NCBI GenBank assembly: GCA_004431415.1 | Contig: QPMI01000648.1 | Location: forward strand, 1-64,000 | DNA length: 64,000 nucleotides | Direction: 5' to 3' | Origin: Cyanophora paradoxa CCMP329 | Lineage: Eukaryota; Plantae; Glaucophyta | In this document: positions 51,723 to 64,000 of the stretch, one piece after another | How the letters are laid out: each line of letters begins with the position of its first letter | Position numbering within the stretch: position 1 is the stretch's first letter | Translations under genes and position numbers: made by a program | Notes under the pieces: model-generated | What the model saw: only the letters and a program-made list of their open reading frames with translations | Told to the model about the DNA's origin: nothing | The model's database searches: none

Positions 51723-52500
51723 AACTTGCATGGCCTAGGACTTAAATTTGAATTAAATACCCCTATTTAATTTACATTAAAATTATCTTAAATCTCCAAG
51801 ACTCAATTAAATATTTGTTTTCGTGGTACGCGGTCGCTTCCCATTGGTCTGGATTTGTCAAGCTGCAGCTAGCGCTGTTGGTTGGCCCAGCTAGAGCCTG
51901 TACCCCCAAGCGTGAAAGAGGCTTTCACGCACCCAGCAGCCTGGCAGCAGGGCGCGGCGCAGCAGGCTTCCAGGCTAAGCAGCCGAGCGCAGGCAGCTTT
52001 AGGGCTGCAGCAGGGTAGCGTGCTGCTGTCACGGACCCACGGTATGACTAGCCCGTGAGCTCGCCGAGCTCGTAGCTGCCGAGCAGAGATTACATTGTTA
52101 CCTCCGGCCTGTTCGGAGCAGTCTGGTCCAACCTCAGCTCAGGTCCAGGTGGATATATCCAGCGGCTGAGCTTCTCCCGGAGCAGCTACCTTTCCGCCTG
52201 CAGAGCGCACCGCGCGTGAGCACCCGCAGGCGAATGCTTCCAACCGCACCTGTTACCGGTGCGAACTGCCGCCGTCTAGCACTCGTCAAATGAGGCAGCG
52301 CCGTCGATGGCCCTGACCGCCGGGCTGCGCCCGCTTGCCCTGCTCCTTCCTCAGGCTTCCTGACCCTCTGAACGCGTGTCCCGTTCCTTTCGCAGGCCCC
52401 TCGGAACGCAGCGTGCCCCACGGGCAGCCGTAGCTAGGCAAGGTCTTCCGGGCGCTGTGCTGCCGGCCCCGCGGGCGGCGCGCGGCGCGGCGTTGGCACC

Positions 52501-55500
52501 ATGGGCATCGAGCAGAAGAAGACGATCAGCAGCTTCAGCATGGGCTCCAAGTCGATGGCCGTCAAGCGGCCGGCCTCGTCCATCGGCGGGGCGAGCTCCT
52601 CGGGCGGCGGCTCGGGGGACTTCTTCGGCAAGCTGGGGCGCGACGGGAAGGACACGTCGCTCTCGCAGAAGCAGCTGGAGGACAGCATCTTCTCCGTGCT
52701 CTACGTGATGCGCGGCAAGAGCGAGCAGCACCGCCGCGTCGTCATCCTCTCCCTCCTCATCGACTTCGCCCAGCTCCTCGCCTTCCCCCTCGACCAGCGC
52801 TTCGTGCGGCCCGGCCCGCCCCGCCTCGCCCCGCCCCGCTGACGGGCGGGCGGCCCCGCCCCCGCAGAACTGGGTGTGGCCCCCCGGCGCCTCAAACTTG
52901 ATCAGCGTGTTCGCCTCCATTGTGCCCTACAACTTTCTTGAATACAGGCGCGCCCTGCCGCCCCGCCCCGCCCCGCCCCGCCCCGCCCCGCCCTGCCCCA
53001 GCTTGACGCCCGCGCCCGCCCGCAGCCCTTACTCAGTCTTCGCTTACGTGTTCGGTCCGCCCGCCACGCAGTCCGGCCCCTAATCTTTCGTCTCTCGTCT
53101 GACGCCCTCCCTCCCCGCAGCCGCCACGACACTGCTAGTCGTGCTTTCGTTCGCGGACGCGATATGGGCGCGTACCCGTCCTTCCTCCTCCACCACCTCC
53201 GCGCTGACGCCTCCTACCCCCCGCAGGTCCTCAACAACTTTCGGAAGAATCAGTGCGTTCGCGTAACCCCCTGCTTGCTGCCCTCCCTCCTGCACGCCGC
53301 TTGACCCCCTTCGCTCCTCCTGCCAGCTTTCCGTTCATGTGGCCAAGTGCGCCCACCGCGGATCTCCCGCACATCCCTGAGCTCTTCCCCTAACCACGTA
53401 CCCCCGCAGTCAAGGTGCTGAAGGTGGTCGTGGCACTGTTCTTCAAATCGCTGTACCTCTCCACCATCTCGATCCTCCTACGAGCCCTCGACTGCAACTA
53501 CTCCTCCCCGGTGCCCCCCCGCCCCCTCGCCCCGCCCCCTTCTCGTGCTTTAACCCCCCGGCCGCCCGATCGCGTCGCAGGCGCCGTTCGTGCTGAGGCA
53601 GTTCCCGACCTACGGCTGCTGGGGCTTTCCAAACGGCCTCCTCGCCGTCGTCGCCGTGGTGCGTTGCCCCCCCCCCCCCCCCCCCCCCCCCTTTCCCCCC
53701 GCCGCCGCTCACCCCCTCGCCCAGCTCGCGACGGCCGGCGTCATCGCGTTCGCCATCGCGCTGGCGATGATTGAGAACGAGCCGAACCCCGCCACCGAGT
53801 CCCTAGAGGCGCGTACCCCCTCCAATAGCTCCCCCACTTCTTCCGCCCCCCCCCCCCCCCCCTCCCCCGCCTCCGGCTCGCCGGGCGGGGCAGCTGAGGG
53901 ATACACTCCCGCAGGCGACGGCGTCGAGCACGGCGGCGGTCGAGTCGGTCATCGGGCGCGCCTTCCTCGCCCTCTCCGCCGTCCTCCTCCAGGTGCCCGC
54001 CCCGCCTTCAGCGGGCCGGGGCAGGGCCCTGACACCCCGCACGCCCCGCCCCGCCCCCCCGCAGAGCTACCCCTTCATGTTGGCGCTGGTCAACGGCCTC
54101 ATCAACACTTTCATCGGCTACCGCGTGCGCCGCCCCGGCCGCCGCCCCGCCCGCCCCGCCCCGTCCGAAATCGATCCCGGCTGGCGGGGGCAGATCTACC
54201 ACTTCCTGCCCTTCTACAACCTGCGCATGAACTGCGCGCGCGTCGCCATGCAGGCCGTCGTCTCGTGCGCCGCACCCCTCCCCCCCCCTCCCCCCCTCAC
54301 GCCCGCCGGCGCAGCTGGGCGTGCTTCTGCGCCTTCGCGCTGACGTTCCTGCCGGGCGTCGCCCTCGCGATCACGGTCGCCTTCGGCGTGGGCGTCCCCG
54401 CCGTCGCCGCCGCCTTCTGGCTCCTCACCCGTACCCCCCGCCCCGCCCCGCCCCGGCCCGCACCCGAGCGGCGTCTCCGCCCCTGACGCGTTCGCAGTGC
54501 GGCGGTTCTCGCGGATGTGCAACGCGCGGCTGGTGGGGGTCGACGTGGCCGGCCAGGCCGCCTACTTCGGCCGCCTCGAGTCCCCCGAGCACGTCGAGAT
54601 CGCTGTGCGCCGCCCCCGGACCGGCCCGACCGGACCGGACCGGCTCGCTTGGCTTGCCGTGCGCCTGAGGGCCGCCTTTCGCCGCAGGCGCGGTTCGTGC
54701 GGAACGCGCGGGACCCGAAGACCGACCAGATCGACGAGGAGCTCGTCGACCGCGCCGAGGCCGTCTACCAGGTGGCCCCGTACCCCCCCCACCCGCCGCT
54801 TCTCCCCCCCCCCCCGGTTCGACCCGGCCCGCCCCCCCGCCGCGCAGCACGGGATCAAGGAGTACCCGCGGAGCGCCCTGGTGTACCTCGCCTTCTCCAA
54901 CTTCGTTCGCGTCTTCCGCGACAACGCCCAGCTCGAATTCACGTGCGCGGGCCGTACCTAAACCCCCTCTCCTCTCCCTGCGCCTGACTCCCCTCCTCCT
55001 CTGCAGGTACGTGGACCGGTCGCGGCACCTGCCGCTCAGCTTCCCCCTCCGGTGCGCTTCTCTGCATGATCGATCCCGTCCTGCACCCCTGACGACGTCG
55101 TACCCCCTCCCCGCCAGGTACGCGCTGTTCTGCAAGGACCGGGAGAAGGACGCCAAGTCTAGCGCGGCGGGCGGCGAGGGCGGCATGGACCTTGTATCCT
55201 TCGTCGAGTTCCAGAGTCCGTACCCCCCTCCCCCCCCCCCCCCCCCCCCCCCTCCCTCTCTGACGGCGGGGCGCGAGCAGAGCAGCTCAAGTCGGCCAAA
55301 GAGGGCCACATCAAGGTGCCCCATGCACCACCCGATCCACCCATCCATCCACCCATCCGCCTGAGCGCCCCGCAGTGCCTGAAGTGCATCAAGACGTTCT
55401 GGACGCTGCTGCAGGACGACGCGGAGGGGGCCACGAACCGCCTCTCCGACGTCCTCCGCCTCATCGATATGTACGAGGCGCGTGCGGAAGAAGGAGGGCG

Positions 55501-58500
55501 GGGCGGGGGCTTGGAAGCGGCCTCGGAGAGCTCTCCTCGGCTGACGCTGCGGCGCGGGGCGGGGCGCAGGCGCGGGCGGAGAAGAACTACACGGCGCTGC
55601 TCTCGAAGTACCCCTCCTCGATCAAGATCCTGCGCGCCTACGGCGGCTTCGTCGAGCAGGTCAAGAACGACCCCTACAAGGGTGCGAGCGCGAGGCGGCA
55701 GAGCTCGGGCGAAGCGGAGCGCTCGAGCTCAGCTCTGGGGCTCGCTCGCGCAGCGGACGAGTACTTCCGGATGGCGGACCAGGAGGAGGAGGAGCAGTCG
55801 CGGCTGAACACGGAGGGCGGCGGGCCCGGTGGCATCGAGGACGCCCGCAAGAGCGTCGTCGTCATCACCGCCGTGCGCCCCCCGGCCCCGGGGACGGCTT
55901 AGCCAAGGGCTTCATGCTCCCCCCGGCCCGTGACGTCGCTCGCCGACCCCGTGCTTCGTTCGCTTTGCGCCGCGCAGGACGAGGTCATCGTCTCCGTCAA
56001 TGCGGTACCCCCTGCCCCCCTGCCTCCTTCGCCCCCGGCGGGCCCCGCCCACCGTCCTCCTCCTCCGCAGATGACCTGCCAGCTCTTCGGGTACAAGAAG
56101 CACGGTGCGCGCCCGCCCGGCCTTGGGCGCGAGAAGCACGGCGCGGCGCCCGTCTAAGCGCCGCCCTCCCTCCCCGGCACGGCAGAGCTGGTGGGCAAGC
56201 GCATCCACACGCTCGTGCCGTCGCCCTTTCGCGAGGAACACACATCTTACGTCAAGAACTACGTGCGCCCGCTCGCTCTCAAGAAGCCCATAGAACACCG
56301 CAACGAAAGAGAGAACAAGATGGCGTGGACAGCAGTAGGTAGCGGTCCCGCTGACGTTCGGGCCCGCGCGCAGCTGCGGACGGGCATTGCGAAGGTCGTC
56401 AACACGAGCCGGGACCTCTACGGACAGTGCGCCGTACCCCTCCTTCCCTCCCTCCCCTCCCCTCCACGCGGACCTGATCGACCGGGTCCCCCCCCCCCCC
56501 CCCCCCCCCCCGCAGGAAAAAGGACGGGACGGTCCGGGCCCTCCACCCTGCCCCCCCTTCCCTCGACGAGCCGCCCTGAGGCCCGTACCCCCTCTTGCAG
56601 GTCATGCCGATCAAGCTCTACGTCACGCGCATGGACGTGGGGGAGCAGGTGCCTTCCCCCCACCCCTCCCCCTCCCCCCCAACTCACCCCCCCCCCCCCC
56701 CCCCCAGACGACGTTCGTGGGGGCGATCACGCCGGTGGAGCAGGCGGACCCCGTCGCCATCGTCAACGCCGCCGGCCGCCTCACCGGTCCGCCCCGCCCC
56801 GCCCCGCCCCGCTTTGCTTTGCTTTGTCTTGCACAGCTAGGCCAGGCTTCAGATCTCTGCTAGAGCACATCGCGCTAGTTTCTAGCTCGTATATCGTTCA
56901 TTCGCGTGCGCCTGCGAGGCGGTCAGAAGTCCGGAGCCCGCACGAAGGCCTTCCCCTCTGCTAGAGAGCCTCCCTCTCGCCCCCGGAGCACCCTCTGACC
57001 CCCTCGCTTGCTTGCAGCGTGCAACGAGGGGGCGGCGCGCCTCTTCGAGATGTCGCCTGAGGAGCTCGCCAAGCGGGACATCCGGGACCTCTTCCCCCCC
57101 CGCTACTGGGCCCACTTTGACCCCGAGAGCCGGCGCGCCCGCCCCCGCCCGTCTCCCGAGGCAGGCCGCGCTGCTAAGCCGAGCTCGGGACGAGCAGGCG
57201 CCCCCCGCTGGCGATGGCGCGGCTGGCGCGGGCCGGGGGCGTGGGCACCGGCGGGGAGATGACGACGAGGAACCGGGCGGCGGGCCTGGCGCTGCCCTCC
57301 CCGGGGGCGCCCCGCAACGGGGCGGCCCTCGGCATCTCCTCCACCGGCTCCCTCGCCTCGGACGGCGGCTTCGGCGACAACGTGCGCGAGCGAGCGAGCG
57401 CCGCGCCCCGTTAGAATGACAGGGGCCGAGCCCGCTGGGAGCCGTCCATCTAATGGCGCTCGGCCTTTGGGGCAGTCCAGTCTAATATCTAGGAGCCTAG
57501 GACCCGCTGGGAACCATCCATCTAACGGCTCTAGAGCGGATAATAGGGGCCGGGCCCGCTGGGAGCCGTCCGTGTCAGCGCGCGCCGCGCGCTCTCCGGG
57601 ACGGCTAGAGGGGACACCGCCCGCCTCGGCGGGCACGCCTCGTGCTCTCCCCTGCCCTTTCGCCTTAAAAATCTCGCGTCGGCGACAACGTGCGCGCGCG
57701 AGCGAGCGCCGCGCCCCGCTGGACTGGGGCCGAGCCCGCTGGGATCCGTCCAACGGCTCGGCCTCTAGAGCGGGGCCGTCCATCTAACAGCTCGGCCTCT
57801 AGAGCAATCCAGTCTAATGTCTAGGAGCCGAAGAGCGATCCGCCATCTAGGTCTTCTCTTTTTGGCCCCGCCATCTAGGACTGGGGCCGAGCCCACTGGG
57901 AACCATCCGTCCATCTAGCAGCTCCGCCTCGCTCGCTCGCTCGCTCGATCGCGGCGGGCGGCCCGGCTAAGGGCGGCGGGCGGGGGCAGGTGTGGGTCAA
58001 GGTGCAGGGCCTGGCGGCGGACGGGACCTCCTTCCCCCTCCAGCTCAGCGTCTCCCGCATGTTCGACGGCGAGCGCACGGGTCAGTCGCCTCCCCCTCCC
58101 CTCTTCTCTCTTCTCCTCTTCTCCTGAGCCGGCCGGCAGTGTTCATCACGAGCCTGCGGGAGGTGCAGGACGCGTCGTCCCTCATCTCCCTCGCCGCAAA
58201 GGTGCGAGGGGGGTTCCTCTAGGGCGCCTCCGCGAGCCGGGGCCGAGCCGGCGGGCCCGCCGCAGGGCGTCATCCGCTCGGTGAACCGGCACGCGTGCGC
58301 GCTCTTCGGGTACAGCGCCAAGGAGCTCGTCGGCCAGCGCATCGTGCGCCCGCCCGGCCTACCCCCTCCCCGCGCCCCCTCCTGACTCGACCCCCGCCCG
58401 CCTCCGCAGGAGATGCTTATGGTCCGGTCCCCCCCCCCCCCCCCCTTCCCCCCTCCCCTTCCCCACCCCACACACACACACACAATTGATTTCTCCGCTC

Positions 58501-61500
58501 CTGTCTGACCCGCGCTCCACGCTCGTGTAGCCAAGTGCGCTCCCTCGCGCCCCCGCCCCGTGGCCCCGCCCGCCTCCCGCCGGCCCTCCGCCCCCTCAAC
58601 CGCCGCGCAGTGCCCTACTCCTCGTACCACCAGTCCTACCTGGACCGCTACATGCAGACGCGCGAGGCGCGCCGCCTCCCAGCGCTTCCTGTAGCTTCCT
58701 CGTCTAAGCGCTCTTCCCTCCCCGCAGGCGCACGTCATCGGGAACAAGCGGCGCGTGGAGGGCAAGCGAAGGGACGGTTCCACGTGCGCTGCGCCCGGCC
58801 CCGCCCGCCCCCCCCGCCGCCCCTCTAACGACCGCGCCGCTCTCGCAGCTTCCCGCTGCAGCTGGAGGTGAGCGAGACGCGCGTCGCCACAGAGAGCGGC
58901 GACGTGGAGACCATGTGCGCTCCCCCCCCCCCCCCCCCCCCCCCCTCTACTTCGCACGCTGCTTTCTCAGCACCTGACCCCGCTTCCACGCAGCTTCATC
59001 GGGCGCCTCGAGCAGTGCGGCGGGACCCCCGCACCCCCCGCCGCGCCCCCTCACCGCGCCGTACCCCCCGCAGGCTCACGGAGGACGAGGGAAACGAAGC
59101 CGTCATCACCATCAACAGCAACGGCATCGTGCGCGCCGCGAACCCGTACCCCCCTCCGAGCCTGCCCCAGCCTGACACGCACCCCGCGCAGATCCAGTCC
59201 TCGAGCTCCGCTTGCAGCCAGGTACCTCTCCCAGCCGTCCTTTCTGATCTCGTTTTTCTTGTGACGCTGGGGGTACCGCTTTCAGGTCTTCGGGTACCGG
59301 ACGTCGGAGCTGGCGGGGAGGAACGTTCGCATGCTCATGCCCAGCCACTATGCCGTCCGGCACAACGAGTTTCTCCAGGTACCGCCCGCCCCACGCCCCC
59401 CAGGTACTCCTCCAACTATTTTGTCTTGCCCGGGTACAGCGGTACATGGAGACGGGGATCGCGAAGGTCATCGACCAGGGCGGGCGCTCCCTCGAGGGCC
59501 TGTGCGCCTTGTACCCCTCCCGTTCTGCCACTCCTCCCAGCCCGCCGATGAATTGCGGTACCCCAGGCACAAGGACGGCAGCGTCTTCCCCATCGAGCTG
59601 AAGGTCCGGAGGGACGATTCCATGGCCTCCCAGGGGGTACAGTCCCCAACCGCCCCCGAGCAAGCGTACCCCTAAGGTTCGGGCAGGTCACGCTGTTCGT
59701 GGGGACGGTGACGTCACTGGCGGACGTGGACGGGATCATCACCATCGACGAAGCGGGTACCATCACCGCCGTGTGCGTTCGGATCCCTCCGAGGGCATTT
59801 ACATCGATGGAGACTGAGCCATCGATCTAGGAACAAGAACGCGTGCAAGCTCTTCGGGTACCGCTCGACCGACGAGCTCACCGGCCGCAACGTTAAGAAG
59901 GTGCGGGAAGCGGAGCGGGGCAGGCCGCGGGCTCTCGCCCCCATCTGCTGACGGCGGCGGGGCCCGGCCCCGGGTGCAGCTGATGCCGGACCGCTACGCG
60001 GTGGAGCACGACGGGTACCTGAAGCGGTACCTCACGACGCGGGAGAAGCATGTCATAGGGAGCAAGCGGGAGCTCCAAGGGCGCGCGCGCCTTCTCCCCC
60101 GCCTGCCGCCCCCTTCTCTTCGCGCTGAACCGCTCGCCCGGGCATGCACGCAGGCTGCACGCGGACAACAGCGAGTTCCCCCTCACCCTCGAGGTGCGTG
60201 GCTCGTGGCTCGGGGGAGTTCCTGGGCCCGAGGGAAGGAGGGCGAGCTAAGCCAAGACGGGGGGCCGGCAGGTGAGCGAGACGACGGTGGACGGGCACGC
60301 GGTCTTCACGGCCCGCATCCTCCGCATCGGCGAGGTGCGATGGCCGAGCGGATAGACGCAGGGGAGGGAGCCAACCCAGGCGACCTTGATCCGAGCGGTG
60401 CCGAGCCGCGCCGCGCGCTGACTCGCCGGCGCCCGCCGGGCGCCCCCTCGCAGGCCTCGTCGGGCTCGGCGCGCTCGGCAAAGATGCGCTCCGGCGGGCT
60501 CCAGCCGGCCGGCGGCGGCGGCCTGGACAAGCCGCGCTCCCTCAACTCGATGCGCCCGTCCTCCCTTACGCTCCTGCCCGGCGCGGCCGCCGGGGCGGGG
60601 AGGCGGGGCGGCGACGGCGCGCTCGGGGCGGCGACGGCACGCTCGGGGCGGCCTCGGCGCGGACGGCGCGCGGGGGCCTGCCCTCCTCGCGGAGCGCGCG
60701 CTGGCACGAGAAGGACCCGACGGACCTCGACCGCGCCCACGGGGCCCCGCCGGCGCCGCCGCCGGGGCCGCCGGGCCGCGGGGTCGGACGGGGAGGGTAC
60801 GGCGGAGAGCGTGACGCCCCGGAGCGAGTTCGCGGACGATATCGGGCCGCTGCCGCCCCCGCGCGCCCCGGCCGCCATCGCCTCCCGCCGCCGCTCGGAC
60901 GTCTCGCAGGCCTCCAACGCCTCCAACGGCCGCCGCCGTTCCCAGGAGTCCGTCCCCTCCTCGGGCGAGGCCGCCGCCGGGGCGCTCGCGGGGCGGCGCG
61001 CCCCCGCTCCCGCGCCCGCCGGGCCGGGCGTGCAGGTGCAGGACTTGGACGCCTCCACGGGGCGGGCGCCGGGGCCCCGTCCTCTCCCAAGCTCGCCCCC
61101 AGCGGCGACGACCACAGCGACCACAGCTCGAGCAGCGGCAGCGGCAGCGGTGGGGGCGGCGGCGGGGTGGCGGGGCCGGGGCGGGGCGCGGGGCGCCCAA
61201 GACAGGCAGCAGCGCATCGCCCGGCGCACCTCCGTCGTGCGGCTCCGCCTCCGCCCCGGCCCCCGCCCGCCGCCCGCCCGCCCGCCCCCTCACTACCTTG
61301 CCCTCGCAGAGCGCGTCGTCGGTGGGGTCGGCGGGTCGGCGGCGGCGCGCGCGGCGGCGGGCGCTGCTGGGGGCCAACAAGAAGGCGTGGACGCCGGCGC
61401 GGCGCCTGCGCGTCAACATCGTCGCCTCCATGGCCGTCGTCCTCGTCACGCTCCTCGCCGAGTTCATCGCCGTCGACGTCCTCCACGTGAGTGAATGCCG

Positions 61501-64000
61501 CCCTTTCTTCTATTAAGGGCTCTTATGCATTCTTTCTAATATTTCTAAGTGCTCTTCTATTGAGGGCTCTTGTGCATTCTTTCCTTCTAATATTTCTGCA
61601 GGACGCGTTCGAGTCCCAGATCGGGACGCTGCGCGTGAGCGGGGAGGTCGCCATCGACGCCCGCCTCGTCGCCATCGAGGCGCGCCCTTCTTCTTCTTAT
61701 ATGAAGCCTTTGCCCTCGCTCGCGAGGTCTCTTATATTTCTTCCTCCTCCTCCGCAGGCGCGGGACGTGCAGACGCACGCGGCGGCGCGCGAGGTTTCCG
61801 CCCTCTCCGCCGCCGCCGGCCGCCTCGCCGCCGCCTCTGCGCGGACCATCGACGCGTACCGAGCGCTGACGCTGGGGCTCGGGCCCTACGCGGTACTCCC
61901 CCTCCCCCCCCCCCCCCCCCCCCCCCGCCCTCCCCGGGCTCGAGCCGCTGCCCCGCCCCCGCAGCTGCCGACGCTCCCGGCGCTGATCGACCTGCTGGAG
62001 GCGCCCCTGCTGAACGTGACGGAGTACCAGAACACCGTGCCCCCGCGCGCCCTCGAGGCCCGCGCTTCTTTGAACCAGCTCACGTGCGCTGCGCCCGGGC
62101 CCTCCATCCTCTCCGACCCATCGCCGCTCGCCTCGCCGTGTTGAGCCGGGGCCCCGGCCGGCCCGCGAGCGCAGGCAGAAGTTCGTGCAGGCGGCGCAGC
62201 AGATCGCCACCGCCGCGAACGTGCGCCCGCCCGCCCGCCGGCCCTGCCCCCGGCGCCCTCTGAGGCCGCCCGCCCTGCCCCGCAGTACACGATCGCCTCC
62301 ATCGAGGCGGCGGTCGCTGCCAACGGCACGGCCGCCTCCGCGGCCTCCGCCGCCTCGTCCTCAGGGAGCCGGGCGCCGGAGGCGTGGCGGTGCCTGGAAG
62401 ACCCGACCTCCTGCGTCGCCTTCCAGTACGTCATGCGCAACGCCCACGCGCCCCGTCCGCCACCCGCCCCGCCCCGCCCCGCGCAGCCCTCGTTCCGCCC
62501 CTCACTCGCCGGGGCAGTGCTGCCGGCGACGATCGAGCTATTCCACCTTTACGCATCCCAGGCGCCTGCCCCCGCCCCCGGCCGCCCAGCACAGAGCCCC
62601 TCCGCTCAGCTGAGCCCTCTCGCCGCCGGCAGATCGTGGGGAAGCTGGGGATGATCCGCCTCGTGTACGTCGTCGCCTTCTGCGCCGTCGTCGGCATCGC
62701 CGCCGGCCAGGCCCTCCTCGTCTTCCTCCCCACGTCCGCCCCGCCCCTTCTCCCTCCTGCGCCTCGCTCTCTCTGTGCTGCTCCTCACGCCCTCACCAGG
62801 TTCCGCGAGATCCGGCGTGAGCGGCAGGGGGTCATGAAGCTCTTCCACCACATCCCCAAGGCGAGCGAGCCCGCCGGCTTGCTCCGCCCCGCGTGCCTCG
62901 GCCCCTCCGCCAGCCCCTGACTCGCCCGACTCGGACTCAGGTGACGCTCATGAAGCTCGCGCGCACGAAGATCAACATCCGCCTCGACTCCGAGGAGGAG
63001 GTTCGAATCCCGCGGGGCCCCTTTCCTCTCCTTTCCGTTCCTCCCCGCCCCTGAGGCTTCCCTGCCCTCAAAAGGACGACGAGTACGACTTGGACGACGA
63101 GGACGGTCCCCCGGCCGAGGACAAGAAGAAGGAAGAGGAGAAGAAGGCCAAAGAGAGCAGCGCCGGTGCCCCTCCCGCCCCGCCCCGCCCCGCGCGGCGT
63201 CGCTCAGGCGGGGCGGGCGGCCGCAGCGCTGGCGCGGCGGGTCTCGTTCGTCGCGAAGGTCCACCCGTCCTCGTCCTTCACCGGGACCGGCGCCGCGGAC
63301 GGCAAGGGCGGCACGCGGACCGGCCCCAAGGGCGCCGTCGCCCCGGAGCTCGCCACGGCGCGGGCGGTCCGGCGGCCCACGCTGCGGCAGCGCTTCCTGG
63401 CGCTCTTCCGGCGGGGCAAGGGGGCGGCGTCCGAGGGGCCCCGGCTCCACTCCCACGAGGTCCAGTTCCTCGTCTTCTGCGCCATCGTCGGGTGCCGTAC
63501 CCCCTCGCCCCCTCTTTCCCCCCTTCCCCCCCGTGGCCCTGAGGATCGCGCTCCGGGGTACAGGGCGTGCTTCGTGGGGATCCTGGTCGTGGGCCTCGTC
63601 ATCACGAACGTCTTTGTACCCCACGTCGAGGAGATCCAGGAGGGTACGCCCTCTCTCCGCTCCTCCCGCCCCCGGTCTGGTTCGATCGGCCCTCCGCCCT
63701 CAGCGGCGGAGCGGGCGGTCCTTTCACTCGAGCTCGTCCGCAACGCCCGCGAGGCGCGCCCCGCCCCCGGCCCCGTCTCCGCCTCAGCGATGCTGTTTTA
63801 TGCTCAGCTGACGGCCGGCGCAGCTGACGCTGGACGCGTCGCGGGAGCCGACGGCGGGGGTGACGGCGGCGGAGCTGCGGGCGCGGCTGCTGCACGACGG
63901 CGAGGACGCGGAGACGGCCCACCGCAACCTCGTCGCCCGCGGGTGCGGAGGCGCCCCCGGCCCCCGCCCCCCGCGCCCGAGGCCCGGCTAGAAGCATTTC
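52501..64000 (+). CDS. TmcB/TmcC-like membrane sensor with five PAS domains (FixL-like), 3'-partial
   Basis: MGIEQKK..LEDSIFSVLYVM, FLPFYNLRMN, GIKEYPRSALVYL, KYPSSIKILRAYGGF, PAS repeats such as LMPDRYAVEHDGYLKRYLTTREKHVIG and further TM helices. The gene runs off the window end. Confidence 0.85.
57373..57950. repeat. Expanded intron with internal direct repeats and a duplicated exon/intron junction
   Basis: CGGCGACAACGTGCGCG at ~57373 and ~57680. GGGGCCGAGCCCGCTGGGA..CCGTCC-like units occur four times. Confidence 0.7.

Overview
GC-rich eukaryotic genomic DNA with many short (~50-100 nt) spliceosomal introns. A glaucophyte such as Cyanophora is my inference, from the plastid-type ClpP presequence MAAFV..., the intron style and the flagellar PF16/SPAG6 gene. 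Layout: 1-9 kb is a nested array of a non-autonomous Helitron2/Helentron-like element with ~149-bp internal repeats. 9-11.8 kb holds an AT-rich palindromic block, a Helitron 3' end, a poly(A) retroposon and a chimeric gene-fragment mosaic. 12-25.6 kb holds two tight head-to-head gene pairs (Slo/BK-type K+ channel with plastid ClpP; SPAG6/PF16 with a YTHDC1-like gene). 28-48 kb is a ~20-kb inverted duplication of a PAS-less TmcB/TmcC-like membrane protein gene, homogenised except in its predicted ectodomains. 48.7-51.7 kb is nested transposons. From 52.5 kb to the end is a TmcB-like gene with five PAS domains, four of them FixL-like. The most unusual signal is a pervasive micro-insertion of the form X -> X-revcomp(X)-X (2-3 bp units) in several independent duplicated segments. 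Most ORFs in the supplied track are artefacts of GC-rich, intron-split or repetitive DNA. All alignments and exon joins were made by eye.
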